The position numbers and the translations under genes are program-made. Positions 30,020-39,655 of a stretch of DNA of 64,000 bases are shown here, in pieces. How positions within the stretch are numbered: position 1 is the stretch's first letter; the number at the start of each line of letters is the position of its first letter. This DNA comes from an uncultured Eubacteriales bacterium (GTDB taxonomy: Bacteria; Bacillota; Clostridia; Oscillospirales; Oscillospiraceae): contig ONPN01000026.1 of assembly GCA_900319695.1 (NCBI GenBank), forward strand, positions 3,063-67,062, given 5' to 3'. The notes beneath the pieces are model-generated. The model was given only the letters and a program-made list of their open reading frames with translations. It was not told where the DNA came from and searched no databases.

Positions 30020-31549
30020 TCAGCGCTGGTGATACAGATAATACACCTCCGGCAGGGACTCATCCCGGAAGAAGCTCCGCTCCTCGGCGGCGAGCTCATA
30101 CTTCTCCCCCAGCAGGGCGGCGTGTTTCTCAAACTCCTCCTCGTCGCGCCCGACGCGCAGACTTGTAACAACCCATGCGGTCTCGCCGTCGCGGAGATAG
30201 CGCTCACACTCGTCGTACATCTCCTGCAGGGGGATATTCAGCTTGCAGAAATACTTCGTCTCCGGCACGACGCCTGTCACGGTGTAGAGCCCGCGGTCGA
30301 GACAGTTGTAGTTGAAGAGGCTCGTGTCCTCCGAAGCCAGCACCTGCTCGGCAAAATGCGTGTACCACATGTCCTCCGCACGGTACGAGGCGTAGAAGCG
30401 GTTCATGGAACGCCCGAACGCGAGGCCGCCGCAGAGGATAATCACCAGCAGAGCCGCCGCGGCTCCGTTGACGCGCCGAAACGCTGTCAGGCCGGGAAAG
30501 CGTTTCACCGCGACCCGCCCCAGCTCGTAAAGCGCGAGCAGCCCCGTCACGGACAGCGCCGCGAGACCGTAGGCGTAGTACTCAAAGGCCGCGCCCCCGG
30601 CGTAGATGAAAAACGCATTGCCAAAATAGAGGCAGAACATCCCCCAGCGAAACGCCTTGCCGAGCTTTGAGCGCAGAACCCACACCACGCCCAGCGCGAT
30701 CAGCACCATCATCAGAAGATTCTGCCACACCGCGCCCGCGAGGATGAAGGCGTAGCGCGCGGCGCTCCGCTCCGGAGAGTAGAGGAAAATGTTGTTGTAA
30801 AAATACGCGGTCCATAAATCGCCCAGCGCACCGTGGCACACAAAGTACGCGAGCACCGGCAGGGTAACGATCACAAAGCCAAGCAGGAACAGCCCTGCCG
30901 ACTGAAACAGCCGCCCCGCCTCCCTGCGCCGCAGCAGGTAGACGATGGCAAACAGCACATAGCCCACATAGATGCCGAGCAGGGTGAACTTCGACCACAG
31001 CAGCACCGCCGCCCCGGCCCCCAGCAGCACCATCTGACGGCGCGTCGGGATGCAGTCCCCGCGCAGTTTGACGCCCTGAATCAGCGTGCAGATCGGATAA
31101 TACAGCACCGGCAGGGCCAGCTCCTCCACACTGCCGCCGAGATAGAAGCCGCGGGTGCCGCACAGAACGGCGGCCAGCAGCGGACAGAGCAGGGAGGCGG
31201 GACGCGCGTCCATGAACAGGCGGAGTGTTCCCCACACCAGACGCAGGAAGACGAAGAAGCAGGCAATTTCGATGAGATATGCGCCGAAGAAGCTGCGCCG
31301 GGAGATCAGCCAAGCGAGGCCGTACACCACATAGAGCAGAAAGCCCTTCTGCTCATAGATGTCCCTGTACAGCACCCGCCCGCTGAACATGGCCTTGCCG
31401 ACGGTGAAAAAGCAATTGGCGTCGTCCCAGTCGTTGAGCGGGTAGAGCGGCGAAGAGCGGGAGCACAGCGTGATCATCGCCCACGCCGTGAGCAGCAGAT
31501 ATCCGAGCACGGCAAAGCGCGCACCCCTGTTGTTCCCGATCCGTTCCAT
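30020..31549 (-). CDS. multi-pass membrane glycosyltransferase, GT-C fold (PMT_2/ArnT-like)
   Basis: ORF 30020..31555; start moved to ATG 31549, 6 nt after GGGAGGG. LYPLNDWDDANCFFTVGKAM..LYRDIYEQKG, more than 10 TM segments, soluble C-terminal domain. Confidence 0.65.
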   Translation of the reverse strand: MERIGNNRGARFAVLGYLLLTAWAMITLCSRSSPLYPLNDWDDANCFFTVGKAMFSGRVLYRDIYEQKGFLLYVVYGLAWLISRRSFFGAYLIEIACFFVFLRLVWGTLRLFMDARPASLLCPLLAAVLCGTRGFYLGGSVEELALPVLYYPICTLIQGVKLRGDCIPTRRQMVLLGAGAAVLLWSKFTLLGIYVGYVLFAIVYLLRRREAGRLFQSAGLFLLGFVIVTLPVLAYFVCHGALGDLWTAYFYNNIFLYSPERSAARYAFILAGAVWQNLLMMVLIALGVVWVLRSKLGKAFRWGMFCLYFGNAFFIYAGGAAFEYYAYGLAALSVTGLLALYELGRVAVKRFPGLTAFRRVNGAAAALLVIILCGGLAFGRSMNRFYASYRAEDMWYTHFAEQVLASEDTSLFNYNCLDRGLYTVTGVVPETKYFCKLNIPLQEMYDECERYLRDGETAWVVTSLRVGRDEEEFEKHAALLGEKYELAAEERSFFRDESLPEVYYLYHQR

Positions 31550-31682
31550 AAGCACCCTCCCAAGCGATAATACCGGGAGAAATCATACCGCTTTCGAGCC
31601 GCTTTGTCAATTGAGCGGCGCGTATACTCCCCGGCCCGTCCGCATATGGTGAAGCATCAACGAACGCGGAGGACATGATCAT

Positions 31683-32243
31683 ATGAAAAAGCCTATCCTG
31701 ATTACCGCTCTGCTCTGCCTCGCGCTGCTGTTCACTGCCTGCGGCAAAAGCCGGGGGGAGAGCGAGGTCAAAGCCTTTGCCGAGCGCCTCAACGGGCTCG
31801 ACAGACTCAGCTTCACCGCCAGCGTCCGCGCCGAGTACGAGCACAAGACCGCCCGTTTCGTCCTCTCTTACGAGGAAGACGCCGAGGGCGGCCGCGTCAC
31901 CGTACAGGCCCCGGAGCTCATCCGCGGGGTCTCGGCCCATGTCAGCCCCGGCAGCTCCACGCTCGAATACGACAGTGTGGTGCTGGACACGGGCTCGCTC
32001 GATTCCTTCGGACTCTCGCCGCTCTCGTCCCTGCCGGCGATGCTGCGCGCCATTCGCACCGGCCACATCGACAGCGTCTGGGAGGAGGACGGCAAGCGCG
32101 CCGCTGTCTTTGAGCCGGACGACGAGCTCCGCTGCAGTGTCTGGTTCGGCAAATCCGACATGCGCCCCCTGCGCGCCGAGCTTATTACCGACGGCCGCGT
32201 CACCGTCTATATAGAACTCAGCGACTGGACGGAAGGATCATAA
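31683..32243 (+). CDS. putative lipoprotein
   Basis: Signal peptide with lipobox LLFTAC; 186 aa; GGAGG RBS. No family recognised with confidence. Confidence 0.6.
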   Translation: MKKPILITALLCLALLFTACGKSRGESEVKAFAERLNGLDRLSFTASVRAEYEHKTARFVLSYEEDAEGGRVTVQAPELIRGVSAHVSPGSSTLEYDSVVLDTGSLDSFGLSPLSSLPAMLRAIRTGHIDSVWEEDGKRAAVFEPDDELRCSVWFGKSDMRPLRAELITDGRVTVYIELSDWTEGS

Positions 32244-32250
32244 ATCTTTT

Positions 32251-32321
32251 ATCCTGAGCGGCAGCGAAGGATCTCTTCTTCCAAGACGGCAATTTCCAGG
32301 ATTCTTCGCTCCGCTCAGAAT
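32251..32321. repeat. imperfect inverted repeat (REP-like) after the lipoprotein gene
   Basis: Arms atcctgagcggcagcgaaggatc and ggattcttcgctccgctcagaat, separated by about 25 nt. Confidence 0.6.
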
Positions 32322-32444
32322 GGCCCAAAATAGCCTGTTGCTTTTCTGTAAACAATTTGCCGCCGTACTTGACAGCGGCGAACGTGCTTTTTAAAATGTG
32401 TCTTGTTGAAGCAAAATACATAAACGCTTTGCGAGGCGACAGAC

Positions 32445-32846
32445 ATGAGAGAGAAACTGCAGCAAATTTTCACAGGTCGGCAGGGCATGGACGAGCTGTC
32501 CAAGCTCCTGTTCTGGACAGGGCTGGCGGGCTTTGCGCTGGCGCTGCTGATCGGCGGCGGGCTCGGCTCGCTTCTGTTGACGCTGGCGCTGATGCTGCTG
32601 GTGTTCTCCTTTGTCCGGGCTTTCTCCCGGAACCTCCCCTTGCGGGAGGCGGAAAACCTCCTGCTCCTGCGCTGGGTTGACAAAAAGAAGCGCGCATACG
32701 CCGCCTGGAAGGATCGCCTCAAGGACCGCAAGGACTACCGCTACTTCAAATGTCCCGGCTGCGGCCGATGGCTGCGCGTGCCGAGACACAAGGGCAAAAT
32801 CCACATCAACTGCCGCTGTGGCTACACCTTATATCGAAGGACATAA
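32445..32846 (+). CDS. hypothetical membrane protein with C-terminal zinc-ribbon
   Basis: Two TM helices, then CPGCGRWLRVP...INCRCG (CxxC..CxC). Confidence 0.55.
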   Translation: MREKLQQIFTGRQGMDELSKLLFWTGLAGFALALLIGGGLGSLLLTLALMLLVFSFVRAFSRNLPLREAENLLLLRWVDKKKRAYAAWKDRLKDRKDYRYFKCPGCGRWLRVPRHKGKIHINCRCGYTLYRRT

Positions 32847-32851
32847 AACAA

Positions 32852-32893
32852 CGCCCCGTTTCACCGTTTGCGTGAAATGGGGCGCAGGTTTTA
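32852..32893. terminator. bidirectional terminator
   Basis: cgccccgtttcac-cgtttgc-gtgaaatggggcg between convergent genes. Confidence 0.75.
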
Positions 32894-33334
32894 TCTGCTT
32901 CTGCGGCGCTGCCGGTGATCGGCGTACATGCGGCTGTCGGCGATGCGGCTGTCCGACTCCTGCATAAAGCGCTTGAGCCGGTCCTCAAAGTCCTGGTTGC
33001 CGCTGGTCTCCGTGGCGACGGGGGTCGGCCTCACATAGACCTGGCTGGGCATGGGCGGCTGCTCCTGCCGTCTCGGTCTGGCCTCGCTCTTCGGCGGCTC
33101 CGAGACCGCGCGCTTGATGGAGAGGTTGATCTTCCCCTCCGGCGTGACGCTGAGCAGCATGACCTTGACAGTCTGCCCGAGCTGTACATGATCGCCCACA
33201 TTGCTGACAAAGGCGTTGGCCACCTCCGAAATGTGCACCAGACCGCTCTTGCCGCCGGGGAGGGCGACAAAGGCCCCAAACTTCGTGATTCCGCTTACCT
33301 TACCTTCCAGAATATCACCGACTTGCCAATCCAT
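32891..33334 (-). CDS. yabR: S1 RNA-binding domain protein (YabR-like)
   Basis: GDILEGKVSGITKFGAFVALPGGKSGLVHISEVANAFV...VKVMLLSV is an S1 domain. Position after divIC matches the yabP-yabQ-divIC-yabR order known from Bacillus. Confidence 0.8.
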   Translation of the reverse strand: MDWQVGDILEGKVSGITKFGAFVALPGGKSGLVHISEVANAFVSNVGDHVQLGQTVKVMLLSVTPEGKINLSIKRAVSEPPKSEARPRRQEQPPMPSQVYVRPTPVATETSGNQDFEDRLKRFMQESDSRIADSRMYADHRQRRRSR

Positions 33335-33379
33335 GGATTTCCCTCTCTGTCTCTTATGTTTTGATCCGTGATCGTCGGA

Positions 33380-33712
33380 TCAGTCTTCAAAATGAAAAAC
33401 CCTGTCGCCCGGCAGAACGAGACCCAGCCTCTCCCGCGCGAGCGCCTCCAGCTCCTCCGCGCTCCAACCGCTCTCGAGCCGACGGCCCATCTCGCGATTG
33501 TCACGTTCGACCGCCGCGAGCGCCTCACGCAGCGCAGCCTCTCTGGCCTCTGCCGCAGAGAGCGTCCGCCTTGCCGAGGCGAGGCAGACCGCCGAATAGA
33601 GCAGTAGCGAGGGCAGCACGATGCGGATCAGGGTCTCCCGCGCGCCCGTGCCTGCCCGGCTGCGGCGGGGGCTTCCCCGCTCAAATTCCTTGCGCGAATA
33701 CTGTTCTATCAT
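33380..33712 (-). CDS. divIC: septum formation initiator family protein (DivIC/FtsB)
   Basis: Single TM plus coiled coil, with C-terminal ...ARERLGLVLPGDRVF typical of DivIC/FtsB. Synteny supports the call. Confidence 0.75.
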   Translation of the reverse strand: MIEQYSRKEFERGSPRRSRAGTGARETLIRIVLPSLLLYSAVCLASARRTLSAAEAREAALREALAAVERDNREMGRRLESGWSAEELEALARERLGLVLPGDRVFHFED

Positions 33713-33715
33713 AAA

Positions 33716-34096
33716 TCATCCTTGAGAATTTTGAAAGAGTTTTTTTGCTGAAAAAGCAACTTTTTTTATCAAAAGTTGAGTATTTGCCAACAATACTCCA
33801 AATTCTGAAACAAGGGCCTCCATGGCGGGAAAGCAGGCGGGACTCAGAAAATGAAAATAGGCGAGCAGACCCAGCAGGCTCATCAGCAACTCCCCCGTGC
33901 CGAGCACCCCGCTCTCGGCACGCATGGCGAGAAAGAACGCGGCGCCCGCCGCGCACAGGCAGAAGAGCCCGTCCCAGAGCGTATCCCCGCCGCGCCGGCG
34001 GATGGGGCGGAGCATATCGTACAGAAGTCCCAGCCCCAGGCCGAGCCCGTAGGCGAGCAGCAGAGAGAAGGCCTGGCCGCGGATGCTGAGCGCCAT
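33716..34096 (-). CDS. yabQ: spore cortex biosynthesis protein YabQ
   Basis: 126 aa with 4 TM segments. The start abuts the yabP stop. Call rests on synteny plus the ...LLYDMLRPIRR motif. Confidence 0.7.
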   Translation of the reverse strand: MALSIRGQAFSLLLAYGLGLGLGLLYDMLRPIRRRGGDTLWDGLFCLCAAGAAFFLAMRAESGVLGTGELLMSLLGLLAYFHFLSPACFPAMEALVSEFGVLLANTQLLIKKVAFSAKKLFQNSQG

Positions 34097-34381
34097 TCAG
34101 CCAAAGAGCCGCGACCAGAAGCCGCCCTCGGGGGCCGCCTCCTCGTAGCTCAGCTCGCGCACCCGGCCGCGCACCTCGAGCTGACCGGCAGCCAGGTCGA
34201 TGCGGTCGATGTGCAGCGCCTCTCCCCGTATCGTCAGCGGCCCGAGCCCGGTCACGAGCACGATGACGTTTTCGTCGAAGCCACTCACATCCACCACGCC
34301 CGTCAGACTCAGCTTCTCCCGGTTCTCGAGATTCAGCAGATGGCTCTTTTGGACGCCCTTCTGCGCCTCTTCATATGCCAT
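34097..34381 (-). CDS. yabP: sporulation protein YabP
   Basis: 94 aa. HLLNLENREKLSLTGVVDVSGFDENVIVLVTGLGPLTIRGEALHI matches the YabP family. Confidence 0.85.
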   Translation of the reverse strand: MAYEEAQKGVQKSHLLNLENREKLSLTGVVDVSGFDENVIVLVTGLGPLTIRGEALHIDRIDLAAGQLEVRGRVRELSYEEAAPEGGFWSRLFG

Positions 34382-34542
34382 GCACTCACCCCCTGCAAAA
34401 GCATATGCCCGTCCAAAGGGAGATATGACAATGATTTGATACTATTTTTTAATAAAAAGTGACAAAATCAGAGCACAATTTTTCCAAGAGGCACCGAAGC
34501 CGGATTGTGCGGTGTTGCCTTAATGAAAATCAGTATGAAAGC

Positions 34543-34579
34543 AAAAAGCAGGGGGCTGTGAGAAAAGCCTCCTGCTTTT
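34543..34579 (-). terminator. terminator at the end of the low-GC sugar operon
   Basis: On the minus strand: gcaggagg..ccccctgc hairpin followed by ttttt, 9 nt after the FdtA-like stop. Confidence 0.7.
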
Positions 34580-34587
34580 GATCAGGG

Positions 34588-35010
34588 TTACTCGGCAAAC
34601 GCCTGTACCTCAGTCTCAAAGTCTCTGTAGTCCCGGATATACTCATCGGGATCATAGTGCGTGCTGGCCAGAACGAGCAAGACGGAATCGGGGGAAAAGT
34701 CGTACATCTCTTTCCAGACCATATTCGGAAGATAGACGCCCGTATGCGGACGGTTCAAGCAGTAGATCGCCTCGTTCCCTGCCCCGTCCTTGACCTTCAC
34801 CTTGCTTTTCCCGGCCACGTTGATCAGCACGAATTCCGACAGCCGGTTGGCGTGCTGTCCCCGCACGACGTCGGCGTCGGAGCCGTATATATAGAAAGCC
34901 CGCTTAATTTCAAACGGGATATCCTTCGCACCCTCCACAATCACAAGATGCCCCCGCGCATCCCCATGCTGCGGAAAATCAAGCATCTGAACTCTTTTCA
35001 TGTTGTGCAT
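34588..35010 (-). CDS. sugar 3,4-ketoisomerase, cupin fold (FdtA/WxcM-like)
   Basis: DFPQHGDARGHLVIVEGAKDIPFEIKRAFYIYG...RGQHANR matches the FdtA/WxcM C-terminal-domain pattern. Confidence 0.8.
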   Translation of the reverse strand: MHNMKRVQMLDFPQHGDARGHLVIVEGAKDIPFEIKRAFYIYGSDADVVRGQHANRLSEFVLINVAGKSKVKVKDGAGNEAIYCLNRPHTGVYLPNMVWKEMYDFSPDSVLLVLASTHYDPDEYIRDYRDFETEVQAFAE

Positions 35011-35528
35011 GTCGTCTCTCCCCTGCTTATGCTCATCGTGTATTCACGCCTGCCGTCCTCCGTTAAATGCTCATCGACAATTTCAAACCCTGCTTCTCTG
35101 TATATCCTGCAGGCTGCTTTGTTTTCCGCGTAGACAAACAGGTTTACCGTGCTGTAATGCAATGTCCCGAACGCGATGGAGACTGCGGCCTTTGTCGCGT
35201 TCACACCCACTTTCTTTCCGTGCGCGTCAACATCGCCGATCAGGATTTTTCCAAACAGACACGCATGATTTGAGAAACCGTATAAGCTCAGACTGCCGAC
35301 CATCCTGTGGAGGTCTTGATTTTCAATAATTGCAAAGCACAGCTCTTCCCGATTGCCGATATAGTTTTCAAACCATGCCGCCTGCATTTCGGGCGTGATA
35401 TAAGGAATCTTGCTGAGATAGGTCGTGTTGCCCGGTTCGTTTCTCCAGTTTCTCAGGTTTTCAATATCTCCCCTCTCCAAAGGACGAAGGGAGATATTAT
35501 GATAATTGATCCGATAATCGTGAATCAT
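34998..35528 (-). CDS. GNAT family N-acetyltransferase
   Basis: 176 aa. ISLRPLERGDIENLRNWRN...GKKVGVNATKAAVSIAF...ENKAACRIYREAGFE is GNAT/RimJ-like. Overlaps both neighbouring genes. Confidence 0.8.
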   Translation of the reverse strand: MIHDYRINYHNISLRPLERGDIENLRNWRNEPGNTTYLSKIPYITPEMQAAWFENYIGNREELCFAIIENQDLHRMVGSLSLYGFSNHACLFGKILIGDVDAHGKKVGVNATKAAVSIAFGTLHYSTVNLFVYAENKAACRIYREAGFEIVDEHLTEDGRREYTMSISRGETTCTT

Positions 35529-36628
35529 CGTAAAACCTCAAACCCGTTGACCGCGTCGATCACCGTCTGCTGTTCCTCTTCCGTCATGCCGTTGTACATC
35601 GGGAGGCTCAAAACCTCAGCGGCGTACTGCTCGGCAATCGGGAAGTCCCCGGCCCTGTGGCCGAGGTAGGCGTAGGCCTCCGAGAGATGCGGCGGGATGG
35701 GATAGTGAATCAGCGTTCCTATCTCACGTTCCTGTAAATACTGCATAAGCGCGTCCCGGCGGCCGGGGACATGCACGACATACTGGTGCCAGGTGGAATC
35801 TGCGCCCGGCCGAATTTCGGGCTTTCGGACGAGCGGGTTTGTGATCTCCCGGCTGTAGCGCTCGGCGATGCGGCAGCGCTCCCGGTTGAAGTCCTCGAGG
35901 TGCCGCAGCTTCACGCGGAGCAGCCCGGCCTGGAGCTCGTCCAGACGGCTGTTGCTGCCGACCATTTTATTGTGGTATCGCTTCTCCGAGCCGTAGTTGC
36001 GGAAGATACGAAACTGCTTTGCCAGCTCCTCACTGTCGGTGACAATGGCGCCCGCGTCTCCGAACGCGCCGCAGCCCTTGCTGGGGTAGAAGCTGAAGCA
36101 GCCGATGTCGCCGAAGGTGCCGACCGTCTGTCCCTGCCAGTGATTGCCGTGGCTCTGCGCGCAGTCCTCTACGACTTTGAGCCTGTACTGCCGGGCGAGC
36201 GCCATGATCTTGGTCATGTCGCAGGCCTGACCGTAGAGATGCACGGCCAGGATCGCCTTTGTCCGCGGCGTGATCGAGGCCTCGATCTTGTCGGCGTCGA
36301 TGTTGTCATAGCGGTCCGGCTCGACAAAAACAGGCGTCGCGCCGTTCATGGTGATGCCCATGACGCATGCAATGTAGGCGTTGGCGCATACGATCACCTC
36401 GTCGCCCGGGCCGATGTTCAGAAGACGGAAGCTGATCCACAGCGCGTCCAGGCCGCTTGCAAGTCCGACGCAGTACTTTGCGCCGACATAGGCGGCCCAC
36501 TCCTCTTCAAAGGCGGCGACCTCTTTCCCGAGAATGTACCAGCCGGAATCGAGCACCTCACAGGCTTTCTTTTTATATTCCTCGGCGTGCAGCGAATACT
36601 GTCGGCCGAGATTGTTGGGCATGATCAT
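35525..36628 (-). CDS. DegT/DnrJ/EryC1/StrS family sugar aminotransferase
   Basis: ORF 35525..36754; start moved to ATG 36628 behind ACGGAGAAAG because the upstream part is repeat sequence. LGKEVAAFEEEWAAYVGAKYCVGLASGLDAL...FSFYPSKGCGAFGDAG. Confidence 0.85.
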   Translation of the reverse strand: MIMPNNLGRQYSLHAEEYKKKACEVLDSGWYILGKEVAAFEEEWAAYVGAKYCVGLASGLDALWISFRLLNIGPGDEVIVCANAYIACVMGITMNGATPVFVEPDRYDNIDADKIEASITPRTKAILAVHLYGQACDMTKIMALARQYRLKVVEDCAQSHGNHWQGQTVGTFGDIGCFSFYPSKGCGAFGDAGAIVTDSEELAKQFRIFRNYGSEKRYHNKMVGSNSRLDELQAGLLRVKLRHLEDFNRERCRIAERYSREITNPLVRKPEIRPGADSTWHQYVVHVPGRRDALMQYLQEREIGTLIHYPIPPHLSEAYAYLGHRAGDFPIAEQYAAEVLSLPMYNGMTEEEQQTVIDAVNGFEVLR

Positions 36629-36674
36629 CTTGTCTTTCTCCGTAAACAAAAACTGTTTTATCCCGCGGCAATTA

Positions 36675-36807
36675 CTATAAAAGCTGACGCCTTTATAGTA
36701 ATTTATGAATGTGCGAAATCCTCGCCGCTCCCGCGGCAACCGGATTTCAAGCACAAGTAAATCCCCGTGAATCAGCTTTTATTCATTGTGGCGAGGCTTG
36801 CCGCATG
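36675..36807. repeat. structured ~133-nt repeat, copy 1 (second copy at 61869-61999)
   Basis: About 92% identical to 61869-61999 by eye: 8-9 substitutions and one 2-nt indel. Lies between the GtrA-like stop and the aminotransferase start. Confidence 0.85.
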
Positions 36808-36812
36808 GGGAT

Positions 36813-37241
36813 TTACTCTGAAAACGCCCAGTTCCTGTTCAGCAGAAAATTGATCGGAACCGTAAGCATCAGATTCAAAAGGGGCGCAAGATATTTTGAA
36901 ATGCCGAGCTGCGTGATAAAAAACCACGACAGCACATTGTTCAGAACGATCCCGGTAAAGGCGTAGGAGGCGTAGGTCTTGAGCAGCGCCTTTGCGATCG
37001 AACGGGGCCGACCGCTCTCCGACTTGAAGACAAAGCGGTTGTTCCAATAGAAGGACCATAAAACGCTGAGCAGGAAAGCGACGGTGTTGGCCGCAACATA
37101 GTCCCATGACAGTCCGCGATTTCTCAGCAGAAACAGGACAAGGACGATGATCCCGTAAGACAGCGCCGTGTTGCTGACCCCGACAAGGCCAAATTTAATA
37201 AACTGAAGGATATCTCTGCTCTTGATCTGTATCTTCCGCAT
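36813..37241 (-). CDS. GtrA-like membrane protein
   Basis: ORF 36813..37337; start proposed at ATG 37241 (MRKIQIKSRDILQFIKFGLVGVSNTALSY...YWNNRFVFKS). 4 TM segments. Confidence 0.75.
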   Translation of the reverse strand: MRKIQIKSRDILQFIKFGLVGVSNTALSYGIIVLVLFLLRNRGLSWDYVAANTVAFLLSVLWSFYWNNRFVFKSESGRPRSIAKALLKTYASYAFTGIVLNNVLSWFFITQLGISKYLAPLLNLMLTVPINFLLNRNWAFSE

Positions 37242-38175
37242 GGCTCTGTCCACCGTCCGCTTTCTCGTACCGCTCTTCCACAATATAGATCGGTCTGCCT
37301 CTGCTGGCGTCAAAGGTCCTCCACAGATAATTTCCAAGCAGGCCCAGAGTCATCATAATCGTTCCGAAGCTGAAGAGCTGGAAAATGAACAGCATGGCAA
37401 AGCCCTGCACGGGGATACGACCCAGCAGCTTGGAAACGAAGACACTGAGTCCCCATATCACGGCGATGGCGGCGGAGATGACTCCCAGCCAGGTGACGAC
37501 GGTGATCGGGACCGTGGAAAAGCTGAACAGCGTGTCGAATACCAGCTTGAATTTCTTTTTCAGCGTCCACTTGCTCTTGCCGATCTCTCTGGCCCTGCGG
37601 TTATAGTAGACGATTTTGGTCTTAAAGCCGCTCCAGAGGATTTGTCCGGTGAGCGCGCTGTTCTTTTCGTCCATCAGCTCGAGCGTTTTGATGACTTTTC
37701 TGTCGATCAGAAACACGTCAAAACCGTGCTTTGGCATGCTGGGCAGCGCGACCTTCCGCATCAGCCAGTAGTACAGCTCAGAGAAAAAGGACTTGTCCTC
37801 CCGCTCCTTCCTGACCGCGAGGACGACGTTGCTGCCCTCCTTCCATGCCTGATACATTTCCGGGATCAGCTCGGAGGGCTCCTGCAGATCCGCGGCTTTG
37901 ACCACCGCGCAGTCGCCGGTGGAGGCCGTCAGCCCGCACAGGATGGCCGCATGGCTGCCGAAGTTTCTGGACAGATGCACAAGGCGGATATGCTCGTCCT
38001 GATCGGCGAGCTCCTTCATCACGTCCCAGCTCTTGTCCAGAGAGCCGTCGTCCACCATGACGATCTCATAGTCGAAGGTCCGTTTGTCCAGGACCTTTTC
38101 TTTTATGTCCCGATAGAGCGGCCGGAGATTATCTTCATTATAATATACCGGCACGACGATAGACAGCTTGTCCAT
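37195..38175 (-). CDS. polyprenol-phosphate glycosyltransferase (GT2, ArnC/GtrB-like)
   Basis: LSIVVPVYYNEDNL...VDDGSLDKS...LSRNFGSHAAILCGL...AADLQEPSE, plus two C-terminal TM helices. Confidence 0.85.
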   Translation of the reverse strand: MDKLSIVVPVYYNEDNLRPLYRDIKEKVLDKRTFDYEIVMVDDGSLDKSWDVMKELADQDEHIRLVHLSRNFGSHAAILCGLTASTGDCAVVKAADLQEPSELIPEMYQAWKEGSNVVLAVRKEREDKSFFSELYYWLMRKVALPSMPKHGFDVFLIDRKVIKTLELMDEKNSALTGQILWSGFKTKIVYYNRRAREIGKSKWTLKKKFKLVFDTLFSFSTVPITVVTWLGVISAAIAVIWGLSVFVSKLLGRIPVQGFAMLFIFQLFSFGTIMMTLGLLGNYLWRTFDASRGRPIYIVEERYEKADGGQSHAEDTDQEQRYPSVY

Positions 38176-38218
38176 TCTATTTTGTCTCCTTGCCTGCTGT
38201 CAGAATGGTTTCGCGGCG

Positions 38219-39655
38219 TCAGCGAAACAGCATGTGAAACGCGATGTAGGCGGCCGGGAGAAAGGCCAGCGCAATATTCCCGGCTGTTCTGAGATAAACC
38301 GCCCCGCCGTTTAACGGCTCCCACATCTCATTGCGCCTGCCCCTGGGGAAGGAGAAACAGGCCGCCGCGGCAAAGCACACGCACAATCCCGTAAACAGCA
38401 CAGAGCGCACAATGGGAGATAAGATGGGAGAATCGTGGATGCGGAGAAGGACGGAAGAATCGTCTGTCAATGCGGGCGCGGCAGTACCGAGAAGCCTGTG
38501 CAGCACGCCCATTGCGCCGGTCGTCCTGATGCTGAAGCATGCGGGAAAGAGGATGAAGTTCTTCAGCGTGACGCCCCAGGCGATCACCGTTTCAAAGAAC
38601 AGCAGCTTGCCGTTGTTTTTCCCGCTGAAGACGACGGCGAAAACAAAGGCGGGGGACGCAATAACGACCCAGTAAGGAAGCGGAGCCGCCAAAATGCAGA
38701 AGGAAGCGAAAATGACAAAGAGGGAAAAAGCCATCACCGGCAGCTCATCTTTCTTGTCAAACGGCGCAAAATACAGATAGAGCAGGACGAGGGCCACAGC
38801 GGCGGCGAAGACATACAGCGTCGTATCGTCGCTCAGAATGACGCCGTTCAAAAACTGCGCGATCAGGAGAAGGTTGCCGCCGTGTCCCAGATCGCCGGGG
38901 AAAAGATTGGCCAGGAGGACGGAGGGCACAAGGACGGCGGCAAAGGAGAGGAGAATCCGCCCGATTTTCTTCTCCCTCAGAAGCAGCAGCGGGAGAAAGT
39001 ACAGGAGCGCAAAATACTTGAAGACGGACGCGCACGCGAAGGCGGCGAGAAACTTCTTAAAATCTCCGTCTATCCAGGCGCTGATCCCCCACAGAATGAA
39101 CGGCAGGCCGAGTATGTCATACTGCCCGATAACCGCAATGGGATAAATGGTCAGGATTGAAGAGACGAACAGAAACGCCGCAAGCTGGGCGTACTGCCTG
39201 TACGCAGTCTTTTTGACGATATGATTGATCTGGCGGGCCGAAACAACGATAAACGGGACAAGCATCAGCTTCATCCAGATCATCGACGGTACGGTGTTGA
39301 AGAGGCTCGCGCCCGTCATTTTCCCGAGCAGCCAGGTCGGGAAATTCCAGACCGCAAAGATGAGATAGACCGGAAACAGATAGGCCGCTTCATACGTGAC
39401 GGTATAATACGGATTCCCGGACCCGGCTGCGGAGTCGATATAGAAGTACCAGGCTTTTCCCTCCAGCAGCAGATCCCAGAGACTGTATCCCTGCTTGGCC
39501 GTGATCAGAATATCGCAGTATGTATGAAGAGGAAGAATGACGCAGTATGCAAGGATAACCGCCGCCCAAAGCGCCTTGGGAATGATAAGCTCCCCGTCCG
39601 GGGATGTCCTCATTGCAAACGGACTGCGTTTGCTGTTACGCGCGTCACACAACAT
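38219..39655 (-). CDS. multi-pass membrane protein, probable GT-C type glycosyltransferase/polymerase
   Basis: 478 aa with more than 12 TM segments. AAAGGAG RBS 9 nt before ATG 39655. First gene of the operon with GT2 and GtrA-like genes. Fold assignment is inferred from context. Confidence 0.55.
   Translation of the reverse strand: MLCDARNSKRSPFAMRTSPDGELIIPKALWAAVILAYCVILPLHTYCDILITAKQGYSLWDLLLEGKAWYFYIDSAAGSGNPYYTVTYEAAYLFPVYLIFAVWNFPTWLLGKMTGASLFNTVPSMIWMKLMLVPFIVVSARQINHIVKKTAYRQYAQLAAFLFVSSILTIYPIAVIGQYDILGLPFILWGISAWIDGDFKKFLAAFACASVFKYFALLYFLPLLLLREKKIGRILLSFAAVLVPSVLLANLFPGDLGHGGNLLLIAQFLNGVILSDDTTLYVFAAAVALVLLYLYFAPFDKKDELPVMAFSLFVIFASFCILAAPLPYWVVIASPAFVFAVVFSGKNNGKLLFFETVIAWGVTLKNFILFPACFSIRTTGAMGVLHRLLGTAAPALTDDSSVLLRIHDSPILSPIVRSVLFTGLCVCFAAAACFSFPRGRRNEMWEPLNGGAVYLRTAGNIALAFLPAAYIAFHMLFR

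Noticed and set aside
36706-36760. GTGCG at the start of the long hairpin in the duplicated element resembles a group II intron 5' end.
   Set aside because: The shared sequence is only ~131 nt. It has no domain V/VI-like sequence and no IEP ORF, so it is far too short for an intron.
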